The notes beneath the pieces were generated by a model. The model was given only the letters and a program-made list of their open reading frames with translations. It did not search any database and was not told the DNA's origin. A program made the translations under genes and the position numbers. DNA of 57,638 nucleotides from Planctomycetota bacterium. GTDB taxonomy: Bacteria > Planctomycetota > SZUA-567 > H5-PLA8. Each line of letters opens with the position of its first letter. Within the stretch, counting starts at the first letter, position 1. The stretch lies in the NCBI GenBank assembly GCA_045863855.1, contig BTVV01000032.1, positions 1 through 57,638 on the forward strand, in the 5' to 3' direction. Shown one piece after another: positions 36,668-46,160 of this stretch.

Positions 36668-38026
36668 ATGAAATTTTACTTTTGCGAAACCTGCGGCAAG
36701 CGCCTGACCGACGCCGAGATTGCGGCCGGCCAGGGTCGCGACAAAAAGCTGCGAGGCGTCTACTGCGCCGCCTGCGCCCAAGGCGTCATGACGATGGAGA
36801 ACCTCCCCATGACCGAGGGGGAGGCCCAGGCGCTGCTCGTACAGGAGTCTTCCCCCGAACGCCCAGCCGCCCGCCGCGCCAGCGGAGCCCACGCCCTGCC
36901 TGCCGCCGCCGCGCATCCGACCAGCAGCGCCGCGCACCGCATACCCACCGGCGTCCATCCGCCCAGCAGCGCCGCGCATCGCATACCCACCGCGGCCGCC
37001 GCCCGCGTGCGCGGGCACTCGTCCGCCGCCGCGCCGCACCGCCCGCCGCAGGCGTCGGCCAGTTCCACGCCCATGCTGCTGCTCGGCGTGGGAGGCGCCG
37101 GCGTCCTCGCCGTCCTCGTCCTGCTCTTTTCCGGCGGCGGCAAACCGCCGGCCGCGCCCAAGCCCCCGGCCGCTACGCCTTCCGTCACCGTCGTCGCGCC
37201 GGCCGCGCCCACACCGGTGGCGTTGCCTCAGCCGTCCCCCGCCGCCAAGACCGTCGATATCGCCGCGCCGCCGCCGCGCACCGAAGCCGGTGCACCCGCT
37301 ACCCCTGAAGCGCCGCCGCAAGCCGAACTCAACCGCGAACAGCTCGCGCAAGCCGCGTTGGATCGAGTCATGCGCTTCGAAGGGCTCGCGCCGGACGACA
37401 AAGACGGGCGCGTGCAGCGCCTCAACGCCTTCGCGCAGGAATACGCCGACACCATCGTCTCCGCTCGAGCGCGCCGCGAAGTCACGCGCCTCACCGCTCC
37501 GCCCGAACCGCCGCCCGTCGCCGAACCCGCGCCGGCTCCCGCGCCGGCCGCCGCCGCGCTGGTGCTCCCCGAAGGCGGCGAATGGACCCCGCTCTTCAAC
37601 GGCCAGGATCTCACCGGCTGGGCCTACGGCCACAACAATTACGGGGCAGTCGAAGTGAAAGACGGCTGTATCGTCAAAGTACCCGGCGACCGGAGCAGCA
37701 ACATCCAGTGCCCGCTCCCCGACGGCAACTTCGAAGTCACTTTGCAGATCTTCCTCAGCCGCGGCGAACGCCGCGGCAATATCGATATCAACACCGGAGC
37801 AGGCAACGCCTCCACCGAGGTCGACCGCCACGGCTTCCCGGCCGATAAGTGGGTCAACGCCAAGCTGACCGTTCACCAAGGCCAGATTCAGATCGTCGTC
37901 AACGGCCAGACCGAACTCAGCCAAGCCATTCCCGAAGGCAAGAAGCCGGGCCAGCTCAATCTCTGGTTCCGCCAGGGCAATCAGGTCCAGAAAATTCGCG
38001 ACCTCAAGATCCGCAAGCTGCCCTGA
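36668..38026 (+). CDS. Membrane protein: N-terminal Zn-ribbon, TM helix, C-terminal DUF1080-like (lectin-fold) domain
   Basis: CETC...CAAC; Ala/His-rich linker; TM LLLGVGGAGVLAVLVLLF; WTPLFNGQDLTGW...IRDLKIRKL. Confidence 0.75.
   Translation: MKFYFCETCGKRLTDAEIAAGQGRDKKLRGVYCAACAQGVMTMENLPMTEGEAQALLVQESSPERPAARRASGAHALPAAAAHPTSSAAHRIPTGVHPPSSAAHRIPTAAAARVRGHSSAAAPHRPPQASASSTPMLLLGVGGAGVLAVLVLLFSGGGKPPAAPKPPAATPSVTVVAPAAPTPVALPQPSPAAKTVDIAAPPPRTEAGAPATPEAPPQAELNREQLAQAALDRVMRFEGLAPDDKDGRVQRLNAFAQEYADTIVSARARREVTRLTAPPEPPPVAEPAPAPAPAAAALVLPEGGEWTPLFNGQDLTGWAYGHNNYGAVEVKDGCIVKVPGDRSSNIQCPLPDGNFEVTLQIFLSRGERRGNIDINTGAGNASTEVDRHGFPADKWVNAKLTVHQGQIQIVVNGQTELSQAIPEGKKPGQLNLWFRQGNQVQKIRDLKIRKLP
36914..36991 (+). 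repeat. 42-bp-period tandem duplication encoding HPxSSAAHRIPT twice
   Basis: catccgaccagcagcgccgcgcaccgcatacccacc vs catccgcccagcagcgccgcgcatcgcatacccacc. Confidence 0.85.
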
Positions 38027-38035
38027 TTCCGCGCG

Positions 38036-38539
38036 TCAACGCGACCTTAGCATCAGGTAAACCACGTAAATTGCCGCGGTCGGAAGCAGCAGCGGTAAGC
38101 ACACCACCAGCAGGAACCAACCCAAGCCGCCTACGGCCCAACCGAACGGCGGCAGCAGCGTCCCCGCCGCCGAGAAAAGCCCCACCCACCCCGCGCCTTC
38201 CCACACGCCCATCGGATCGGACTGGCGCGGAGCCGTGTTGTGCATGCGCCCCACCAGCGCTCCGCAAAGCTGTCCCGTTCCCACCTGAATCGTCAGCAGC
38301 AGCAGCATAAGACCTTCCGACTCCCCGCCGAACGACGAGCATTCCAGCGTCCGAGCCAGCAGTACGTGCGTCGGCGCCAGCGCCACGATCGCCGCGAGCA
38401 GTTCCAGGAGATGAAATCGAAGCAGCGAGTCTTTCAGGTGTTCGCGGTACAACGCCAGAGCCGTGCGCGCCGTCCAGGCGATTAGAATCGCGTGCAACGG
38501 GAGATAGTACAGCAGCAGGTTCGCTTCGCCGTACCGCAT
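38036..38539 (-). CDS. Hypothetical multi-pass membrane protein
   Basis: 167 aa with about 5 hydrophobic segments; fills the gap between convergent genes. Confidence 0.55.
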   Translation of the reverse strand: MRYGEANLLLYYLPLHAILIAWTARTALALYREHLKDSLLRFHLLELLAAIVALAPTHVLLARTLECSSFGGESEGLMLLLLTIQVGTGQLCGALVGRMHNTAPRQSDPMGVWEGAGWVGLFSAAGTLLPPFGWAVGGLGWFLLVVCLPLLLPTAAIYVVYLMLRSR

Positions 38540-38680
38540 ACGCCTATTTTACGAAGCGCGGCGCCGGGCCTTTCGCTCTAGGCTTTGTCCCGAAACGCTT
38601 CCTCGGCGTCTGCTAGCGGGAACCTGTACAGAGCTTTGTCCGCGCGGCGCATCCGCCTTCGAAGCGTTTCGGGACAGAGC

Positions 38681-41600
38681 TTAATCGCCCGCGCCCGAAG
38701 GCTGCGGCCGAGCGTGAGCGGCGTGCAGCGGAGTCTGCTCTTTATCCCAGCCCATTGTGCGGTACACGGCCGTGCGCCCCTCGTCGGCCAGACTGTAGAA
38801 GCACGGAATCACGAACAGCGTCAGGACCGTCGATACGATCATCCCGCCGATCACCGTCACCGACATCGGCACGCGCAATTCCGCGCCAGCGCCCGTGGCG
38901 ATGGCTCCCGGCAGCGCCCCCGCGATCGTCGCCACGCTCGTCATCAGAATCGGACGCAGCCGGATCGGGCACGCATACCGCAGCGCGTCGTCGCACGACA
39001 TCCCTTCGTCGCGCGCCTGGTTCGTGAAATCGACCAGCAAAATACCGTTCTTCTTCACGATCCCCATCAGCAGGATCACGCCGATCATGCTGTACATGTT
39101 CAACGAAAGACCGGACAGTGTCAGCGCGAAGAGCGCCCCGCTCACCGCGAACGGAAGCGTCAGCAGCACCGTGAACGGATGCAGGAAGCTGTTGAACTGG
39201 CTCGCCAGCACCATGTACGCCACCAGGATGCCCATCACCAGCGCGAAGACCAGGTTCCACTTCGCTTCTTCGAATAGCTGCGACTGCCCCGAAAGCACGA
39301 GGTTGTAGCCCGGCGGAAGAAGCTCGTCCCGGATCTTGAAGACCGCCGCCATCGCGTCGGCCTGGCTGGTGCCCGGAGCGTTGTTCGCCGTCAGCTTGAT
39401 CGCGCGCTCGCGGTTCTCGCGCGTGATCTCCTGCAACGAAGGACGCAGCGCGATGTCCACCAGCTCGCCGAGCTGCACCGGCGCGCCTTCGCGGTTGCGT
39501 ACGTAGATCCGCCCGATGTCCTCGGGGCGCACCCGGTCGTCGCGCAGCAGCCGCACGCGCACGTCGTATCGACGCCCGTTGTCGGTGAACTTGGCGATCC
39601 GGTTGCCGCCCACCAGAGCGCTGATGGCGTCGCTCACCTCCTTCGTATCCACGTTCAGCGCCATCAGCCGGTCGCGCCGCGGCGTGACGCTGACCTCCGG
39701 CATACCCACCCGGTAGCTGGTATCGACGTCCACCAGCGCACCGCTCTCCGTCATCGCGTCCGTGAACTGCTGGGAAAGCTGGCCCAGCTTCTCCCAACTT
39801 GGCCCGCGCACCGTAAACTCCACGGCGCTGCGGCTGCTGCGCACCCCTGGCAGGCTCTGACGAGAAAAGTCGATCGGGAAGACGGTCGTTCCGGGGAAAA
39901 TGTTCAGCGCCTTGCGCAGTTCGTCGATCGATTGCTGCTGCGAGAGCTTCCGCTCTTCGATCGGCTTCATCGTGATGAACATGTTCGCCTGGTTGGCCAT
40001 CCCGTCGAAGCCGCCGACGATCGCGTACACCCCCGCGATCTCGTCCCGGCCCGCCATGATCCGCTCCACTTCCAGCACCACTTTATCGGTGTAATCGATC
40101 GACGAGCCGACCGGCGTGCGCACCGATAGCATGAAAATTCCCTGGTCCTGCGGCGGCGCCATCTCGCTGGGAAGTTGAGGCACCCAGTCCTGCTTCAGCC
40201 CCACGTACCCCGAAATCGGCAGCAGCGAGCCCGCGAAGAGCAGCCCCGAGACGGCCAGCGTCGCGAAACGCCAGCGCAGCGAATAGCCCAGCGTCCAGGC
40301 GTAGACTTGCGCGAGCTTGTCCAGGCTCCAGCCCACCGCACGCTCGATGAAGTTGTTGCGCTGACCCACGCTCAGGAATTGCGCGCAGCGCGACGGCGCC
40401 AGCGTCAGCGCCTCCAGCAGCGAGATCGCCACCGCCACGCTCAACACCACCCCGAACTCGAAGAAAAACTCGCCGATCACCCCGTACATGAAGGCCACCG
40501 GCAGGAAGATCGCGATGATCGCCAGCGTCGCCGCCAGCGCCGCGAAGCTGATCTGCTCCGAGCCCTCCTTCGCCGCGGCCAGCCGGTCCTTCCCCATCTC
40601 CGCGTGCCGGTAAATGTTCTCCAGCACCATCACCGCGTCGTCCACGACGATCCCGATCGACAAGGTCAGCGCCAGCAGCGTGAACGTGTTCAGCGTAAAG
40701 CCGCAGAAGTACATCACCGCGAACGTCCCCAGCACCGAAACCGGGATCGCCAGCACCACGTTGAACGTCGATGAAAGCGAACCCAGGAACAGCCAGCACA
40801 CCAGCGCCGTCAGCAGCACCGCCAGCACCAGCGTCTCTTCGGTCTCGTAAATCGCGCTGCGGATGTACGTCGAACTGTCGAAGCGCACCGAGAGCGTCAG
40901 GTCTTCCGGAAGCGTCTGGTTCAGCTCCGCCACGCGTTCGTGGCACGCCTCCGCCACCGCCACCGTGTTCGCCCCGTGCTGCTTGATGATCCCCAAGCCC
41001 TGCGCCGGCATCCCGTTAATCCGCGACAGCCGCCGCCGGTCCTCGAAGCCGTCCTCCACCAGCGCCACGTCTTTGAGGTACACCGGCGAACCGTCGCGCT
41101 CGCTCACCACCAGCTTCTTCCACTCTTCGATCGAAAGCGCCTCGCCCTCCACGCGCACGTTCGCTTCGCGGTTCTTGGATTCGATCCGGCCCGCCGGAGC
41201 CTCGACGTGCTGGCGCTGAATCGTCGCGACCACTTCGCCGATCGTCAGATTGCGCGCGTTGAGCTTCTCCGGATCGATCCACAGCCGGACGTTGCGTTCC
41301 AAGTACCCGCCCATGCGCACGTCGCCGTTACCCGGCACCGTCAGGAACCGGTCGCGCAGCAGGTTGCGTGCGTAGTCGGCCAGTTCCTGCGGGCTGCGCG
41401 GGCCCGTCAGCGCCACCCACATGATCGGACGGTCGTCCGGATTCGTCTTCGAGATCACCGGGGGATCCAGGTCCGGCGGCAGGTTGCGCTGCGCCGCGCT
41501 CACCCGCGCCTGAACGTCCTGCATCGCCAGGTCGATGTTCCGCTCGATGTTGAACTCCACCGTCAGCTCGGCCCGGCCCAGCATCGCCGTCGCCGAAATA

Positions 41601-41836
41601 TTCTTCACGCCCTCCACCGCCATCACCGCGTCTTCGAGTATGTCCAGCACTTCCGATTCCATCACTTCAGGCGCCGCGCCTTCCAGGTCCACGCGCACGT
41701 TGATCACCGGCACGTCCACGTCGGGATACTGGCCCACCCCGAGGCGGAAAAAGGCGATCGCCCCGAAGACGATGAAGCCCAGCATCAGCATCCAGGCGAA
41801 GACCGGATTGCGAATCGCGACCGCGGGAATGCTCAC
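38681..41836 (-). CDS. RND efflux transporter permease subunit (AcrB/AcrD/AcrF family)
   Basis: AIRNPVFA, IGIVVDDAVMVLENI, GIVKKNGILLVDF, RLRPILMTS. Confidence 0.97.
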   Translation of the reverse strand: MSIPAVAIRNPVFAWMLMLGFIVFGAIAFFRLGVGQYPDVDVPVINVRVDLEGAAPEVMESEVLDILEDAVMAVEGVKNISATAMLGRAELTVEFNIERNIDLAMQDVQARVSAAQRNLPPDLDPPVISKTNPDDRPIMWVALTGPRSPQELADYARNLLRDRFLTVPGNGDVRMGGYLERNVRLWIDPEKLNARNLTIGEVVATIQRQHVEAPAGRIESKNREANVRVEGEALSIEEWKKLVVSERDGSPVYLKDVALVEDGFEDRRRLSRINGMPAQGLGIIKQHGANTVAVAEACHERVAELNQTLPEDLTLSVRFDSSTYIRSAIYETEETLVLAVLLTALVCWLFLGSLSSTFNVVLAIPVSVLGTFAVMYFCGFTLNTFTLLALTLSIGIVVDDAVMVLENIYRHAEMGKDRLAAAKEGSEQISFAALAATLAIIAIFLPVAFMYGVIGEFFFEFGVVLSVAVAISLLEALTLAPSRCAQFLSVGQRNNFIERAVGWSLDKLAQVYAWTLGYSLRWRFATLAVSGLLFAGSLLPISGYVGLKQDWVPQLPSEMAPPQDQGIFMLSVRTPVGSSIDYTDKVVLEVERIMAGRDEIAGVYAIVGGFDGMANQANMFITMKPIEERKLSQQQSIDELRKALNIFPGTTVFPIDFSRQSLPGVRSSRSAVEFTVRGPSWEKLGQLSQQFTDAMTESGALVDVDTSYRVGMPEVSVTPRRDRLMALNVDTKEVSDAISALVGGNRIAKFTDNGRRYDVRVRLLRDDRVRPEDIGRIYVRNREGAPVQLGELVDIALRPSLQEITRENRERAIKLTANNAPGTSQADAMAAVFKIRDELLPPGYNLVLSGQSQLFEEAKWNLVFALVMGILVAYMVLASQFNSFLHPFTVLLTLPFAVSGALFALTLSGLSLNMYSMIGVILLMGIVKKNGILLVDFTNQARDEGMSCDDALRYACPIRLRPILMTSVATIAGALPGAIATGAGAELRVPMSVTVIGGMIVSTVLTLFVIPCFYSLADEGRTAVYRTMGWDKEQTPLHAAHARPQPSGAGD

Positions 41837-43107
41837 GAGTTCTTCCCTTCTTCGCTCTTGGATTCACGCTTCCCGTCGCCGCTCTTGCCCGCCGCACCGT
41901 CGCCGTCGAGGATCTTCACTTCCACCCCGTCCTGCAGCGCGTTCGCGCCTTCCACCACGATGCGGTCGCCCGATTTCAGGCCCTCCAGAATTTCGACGCT
42001 GTCGTCGGTGACGTGCAGACCCAGCTTCACCCCGCGCCGTTCGGCCTTCGTACCGTTCAGCACGTACACGACGAAACCGTATTCCGTGGGCAGCACCGCC
42101 GTCTGCGGCACGATCACCGCCGATTGCTTGGCGTCCGAAACGATCTTCACGCTCGCGAAGAATCCGGCTTTCAGCTCGGCGTCGTTCGCTTCCACGTGCG
42201 CCCAGCCGACAACCGTACGAGCCATGGGATCGGCGAGGTCGCCGATCCGGTAGACCTTCGCGCTGAAGTCGCGACCCGGGTAGCCCGGCACCCGGAAGGT
42301 CAGCGTCGAGCCCGTCTTCACGTGCGAAGCCTCGCGCTCCGGCAGCGTGAACTGCAAACGCATCCGGCTGTGGTCCACCAGCAGCGCCAGCGATTGCCCC
42401 GCCGGCACGTGCTGCCCGGCGCTGACCGAGCGCTGTTCGATCGTGCCTCCCAGCGGCGCGCGCACGATGCTCTTCTTGCGGTTCACTTCCGCCTGTTGCA
42501 GATCGGCTTGCTTCTCCAGAATCCCCGCCCTGAGCACCGCCAGCAGCGTCTGGATCTGCTGGCGCATGTCCTCGAGCTGAACCTTCGCCATCGCGTGCTT
42601 CGACTCGAAGAGCTGCACTTCCTCTTCGCTGATCGCGCCTGCCGCGCGGACCGTGCGCCGCCGCTCGAACTCGATCCGCGCCGATTCCAGGTTGATCTCG
42701 CCCTCGCGCACGTCGTTCGTCAGCCGCCGCTCCGTATCCTTCAAATCCGCTTCCGCGCGCTTCAACGCCGCCTCAGCCTTCACCACCCCCAGCTCGTACA
42801 GTTCGGGACTGATCCGCGCGAGCACCTTCTCCGGCGTCACCACGTCGCCTTCGTTGAACGCGACGTCTTGCAGCACCCCGGCCACCTGAGCGTCGATGCG
42901 GTACACGTCCTGCGCGCGCAGCGTCCCCGTCGTCTCGATGTAGTAGTTCAGCGGCTGGCTCGAGGCCATCGCCGTGCGGACCGTATAAGGACGCGGACCT
43001 TTGGGAAAACCGCCCGCTTTGGCGCCCGTGGCGGGCTTGCCGCAGCCCGCCGCAACCCAAACGAGCGTCGCGGCCGCGCCGGCCAGTACGAATCGAATCC
43101 GGTTCAT
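41833..43107 (-). CDS. RND efflux periplasmic adaptor (membrane fusion protein)
   Basis: Lipobox-like AAGC, IDAQVAG, VRAPLGG, VEILEGLKSGDRIVVEG. Start/stop overlaps with both neighbours. Confidence 0.95.
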   Translation of the reverse strand: MNRIRFVLAGAAATLVWVAAGCGKPATGAKAGGFPKGPRPYTVRTAMASSQPLNYYIETTGTLRAQDVYRIDAQVAGVLQDVAFNEGDVVTPEKVLARISPELYELGVVKAEAALKRAEADLKDTERRLTNDVREGEINLESARIEFERRRTVRAAGAISEEEVQLFESKHAMAKVQLEDMRQQIQTLLAVLRAGILEKQADLQQAEVNRKKSIVRAPLGGTIEQRSVSAGQHVPAGQSLALLVDHSRMRLQFTLPEREASHVKTGSTLTFRVPGYPGRDFSAKVYRIGDLADPMARTVVGWAHVEANDAELKAGFFASVKIVSDAKQSAVIVPQTAVLPTEYGFVVYVLNGTKAERRGVKLGLHVTDDSVEILEGLKSGDRIVVEGANALQDGVEVKILDGDGAAGKSGDGKRESKSEEGKNS

Positions 43108-43712
43108 GCCCGGGCATCTCCTTGGTGTGAAGTCCGGCGCCGGCGCGAAGCCAGCCCGTTCAGGTACGCGTCGAGCACCCGGGAAGCCAGCGCCTCGGGG
43201 CTCTGTTTCGGATCGCCGAAGCGCAACTGGCTCCGGATCATCCCCAGCAGCAAGTCCGCCGCCACCGTCGGATCGAAGCGCCGCAGTTCGCCCGCGCGCT
43301 GCCCCTCGCGGATCACCTCCGCGAACGCATCGCGCAGCACCTCGCGCTTGCGCAGACGCTCCGGATGCACCGAGCGCCCGCCGTTCAGTTCTTCGCGCTG
43401 CATCACCTCGAAAAAATCGCGCTGCTTACGGTACTGCACGGCCACCGAAACGACCATCGCCTCCAGCCGCTCCACCGCGCCCAGCGGACGCCGCGCCGCC
43501 TTGCGCAACTCCGCCGCAAGACGGTCCATCCAGTCCAGCGTGATCGCCAGAAACAGCGCTTCCTTGTTGGGGTAATGCCGGTAGATCGTGCCCTTCGCGA
43601 TCCCGCACGCATCCGCCACGTCGTCCATGTGAACTTCATGGAACGGCTTGCGCGCGAAATACCGCGCAGCGGTTTTCAGAATCGCGGGACTGTGATCAAC
43701 GGCAATGCGCAC
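43104..43712 (-). CDS. TetR/AcrR family transcriptional regulator
   Basis: ILKTAARYFARKPFHEVHMDDVADACGIAKGTIYRHYPNKEALF helix-turn-helix. Confidence 0.95.
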   Translation of the reverse strand: MRIAVDHSPAILKTAARYFARKPFHEVHMDDVADACGIAKGTIYRHYPNKEALFLAITLDWMDRLAAELRKAARRPLGAVERLEAMVVSVAVQYRKQRDFFEVMQREELNGGRSVHPERLRKREVLRDAFAEVIREGQRAGELRRFDPTVAADLLLGMIRSQLRFGDPKQSPEALASRVLDAYLNGLASRRRRTSHQGDARA

Positions 43713-43737
43713 GGAGCCAATGCTCCCCCAGGCTCAT

Positions 43738-43786
43738 AACTGACTCGCCGGTCATTTAAGCTAAGGGGAGCCCCACTCGGCGTCAA
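43738..43786 (-). promoter_or_regulatory. Sigma-70 promoter with adjacent TetR-type operator
   Basis: Minus strand TTGACG(43786-43781)-N17-TAGCTT, immediately followed by the palindrome AAATGAC-cggcga-GTCAGTT (43757-43738) over the predicted transcription start. Confidence 0.75.
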
Positions 43787-44079
43787 TAGCCCGTGTACGT
43801 ACTTTCTGCGCGATTCCTGCCCGCCCCCCGGCAAACCGCCGGCCCGTTCCATACGCTGCTGTGTTTACTCCACACGCTTCTCTACATAAAGGTAGCCAAC
43901 CCCGACCTCTCCATCCTGGGACGTTCGCCTGGCCCTGTCCGGTCCTGTCCAGTTCGCCCAAGCCGGTTCGCCCTTGCCCTTCACTCCCCCCCTTTGTTCA
44001 AGGGGGACAGGGGGGCGCTCTTTGCCGTTTGCCGCTTTCGGTAGGTTCGGTGCTTGCCGTTTTCCGTTTGAAGTAGGTC

Positions 44080-44841
44080 CTAAGCCCCTGGCTTCTCTCC
44101 CACGATCGCATCGTTCAAATGCCGCTCGTCTTTCCCGCGCACCAGGAACGTCTTGATCCGCCCCGCGTCGCCCCACTGCTCCACCAGGAACTTCACCTCC
44201 GGCGTCGTGTACCGCACGCTGCACGCCACCCGCGGCGTCGTGGACGTATTCGCCTCGCTCCCGTGGAACGTCGCTTCGTTGAAGATCACCACCTCGCCCG
44301 GCCGCATCTCGATATCCACCGCCTTCGACTCGTCGATGAATTCCTTCTTCAAGCCCTGCCCGAACGCGCTGTTGGCATCGTTGAGTTTCTCGTGCTCCAG
44401 CATCTTCGTGTGCGATCCCGGGACCAGCCGCAGGCAGCCGTTGGCGCGGAACGTCGGCCCCAGCGCGAACCACGCGCTCACGTTCTTCACCGGCGTCATC
44501 GGCCAGTACGCGCCGTCCTGGTGCCACGGAATCCGCTTCGTGCTCCCCGGCTCCTTGTACCAGAAGTGCATCGCCCACATGATCAAGTCCGGCCCCAGGA
44601 TCCGCTCCATCGCGTCCAGCACCGCCGGATTCGTCGCCAAGTCATAGCACCACGGCAGGCGGTGATGCCACGCCGAGAAGTACGCCTTCGTGGGCCCAGC
44701 CTGTGCTTCCTCCTGGCCGATTTCCTTGAAGAAAACCGTCCGCAATTGAGCGGCCTGCTCTTCGCTCATGATTCGAAACGGACCCGTGAATCCGTCCCGC
44801 GTATACTGCTCCAGCGAAAACGTCCGCTCCAGCGTCAGCAT
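44080..44841 (-). CDS. Phytanoyl-CoA dioxygenase (PhyH) family Fe(II)/2OG oxygenase
   Basis: YTRDGF, PWHQD (HxD), NGCLRLVPGSH, FHGSEANTSTTPR. ATG 44841 follows GGAAAGGG. Confidence 0.93.
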   Translation of the reverse strand: MLTLERTFSLEQYTRDGFTGPFRIMSEEQAAQLRTVFFKEIGQEEAQAGPTKAYFSAWHHRLPWCYDLATNPAVLDAMERILGPDLIMWAMHFWYKEPGSTKRIPWHQDGAYWPMTPVKNVSAWFALGPTFRANGCLRLVPGSHTKMLEHEKLNDANSAFGQGLKKEFIDESKAVDIEMRPGEVVIFNEATFHGSEANTSTTPRVACSVRYTTPEVKFLVEQWGDAGRIKTFLVRGKDERHLNDAIVGEKPGA

Positions 44842-44929
44842 CGTCGTGCCCTTTCCGATTGAGTGTTCTCGAACCGCGCGGCCGCAATGGGGCCATCCGT
44901 ACTCCATGCCTTTACAGTAAAGGTTGCCC

Positions 44930-44960
44930 TTCTCCGCGTACTCCGCGCCTTCGCGGTGAA
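44930..44960. repeat. Solo arm of the REP-like repeat family
   Basis: Reverse complement TTCACCGCGAAGGCGCGGAGTACGCGGAGAA resembles the arms at 52728 and 56423. Confidence 0.55.
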
Positions 44961-44966
44961 ACCCGC

Positions 44967-46091
44967 CTAAAGTACTTCCTCCTCCAACTGCCGCTTCAGC
45001 GCCTTAGCGAAGCGCCGCCCGAAGTCGCGCGTCGACTCCGCCGTGATCGCCGTTCCGCGTGCGTCGGCGTACGGAAATTCGGTGCTCGCCGCGAGCTTCA
45101 CGTTCGGAAGCGTCCGCGCCCACGCCGAACAACTCCGCGGCGGGCCGTCCAACGTATTCCAGTCCTTGCCCCAAGGCAGATCGTCGGCGCACGCATACGG
45201 CACCGGACCGCCGGCCGCTTCGCGCTCCAAGCGCGCCGCGAAGCCCCGGATATCCTCCGCCTGCCGCGCGTCCTTCGGCAGCACGAAGTAAAAGCATTCG
45301 TGCCCGCGACCATGAAGGTAGGGGCCGTGCAGATCGAACGTCAGCAGCGCCTTCTCGGCGCTCCAACGCCGCAACGTCTCCTTCACCGCGCGCACCTCCG
45401 GATAGATCGGCTCGCCGTCGTAATCCCGGTTGTGATCGTACGGTTTGCGGTTCTTGCCCTGGTCGCCTTCTTCCACGCCGTCCTTGTCCAGCAGCGGCAC
45501 CGCGCAGAACTCCACCCGCTCGCGGAACCACGCGCCCAGTTCGTCGTCCGCCAGCACCGCATTTAAGATGCCTTCCAGCATGAAATTCGGCGTCGATTCG
45601 CAGCAGTGATGCCGCACCGTGAAGAAGATCCGTACCGCGGCTTTCCCGTCCAGCCGCCCCGCGCGCAGCAACTCCACCTCGCGCCCCTTGCGCGTATGGC
45701 AGAAGGTCTCTTTCCGCAGCGCCGCGTTTCCGGCATGGCTTTGGAGATACGCCGCCAGATCCGAAGCCTGATACGGAATCCCCACCGCGAAGCGCACCCG
45801 CGATTCGTCCGGCCCGAAACGGTAAGTAAACGCCGCCGATCGCGCCCACTCCGCGCCCAGCCAGCGCCACGTCCGTCCCTCGTCCGCACTCACCGCCGGA
45901 CCGTGCACCCCCACCACCCGCCCGTTCGTGAACTCGAACCGCACCGTCCGCCCTTCCGCCCCCGTAACCCGGAACGACCAGTAGAACCAATGCCCCTCCG
46001 TGTCCCGGATATCCTGCCTCACATACGCCGTATGCCCCTCGATCTTCTCGACGATCAAATTCCCGCCCGGAAACTCCGTATCGATAACCAT
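44967..46091 (-). CDS. M14 family zinc carboxypeptidase (cytosolic-type N-terminus)
   Basis: IDTEFPGGN...WFYWSFRV, RHHCCE (HxxE), DKDGVEEGDQGKNRKPYDHNR, DLH. Confidence 0.85.
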   Translation of the reverse strand: MVIDTEFPGGNLIVEKIEGHTAYVRQDIRDTEGHWFYWSFRVTGAEGRTVRFEFTNGRVVGVHGPAVSADEGRTWRWLGAEWARSAAFTYRFGPDESRVRFAVGIPYQASDLAAYLQSHAGNAALRKETFCHTRKGREVELLRAGRLDGKAAVRIFFTVRHHCCESTPNFMLEGILNAVLADDELGAWFRERVEFCAVPLLDKDGVEEGDQGKNRKPYDHNRDYDGEPIYPEVRAVKETLRRWSAEKALLTFDLHGPYLHGRGHECFYFVLPKDARQAEDIRGFAARLEREAAGGPVPYACADDLPWGKDWNTLDGPPRSCSAWARTLPNVKLAASTEFPYADARGTAITAESTRDFGRRFAKALKRQLEEEVL

Positions 46092-46160
46092 CGCAATTCC
46101 CCTGTCTTGCCGCCGCCCTTGCCCTTGTCGTTTACTCTTTACTTCTTGCCGTTCACCGCC

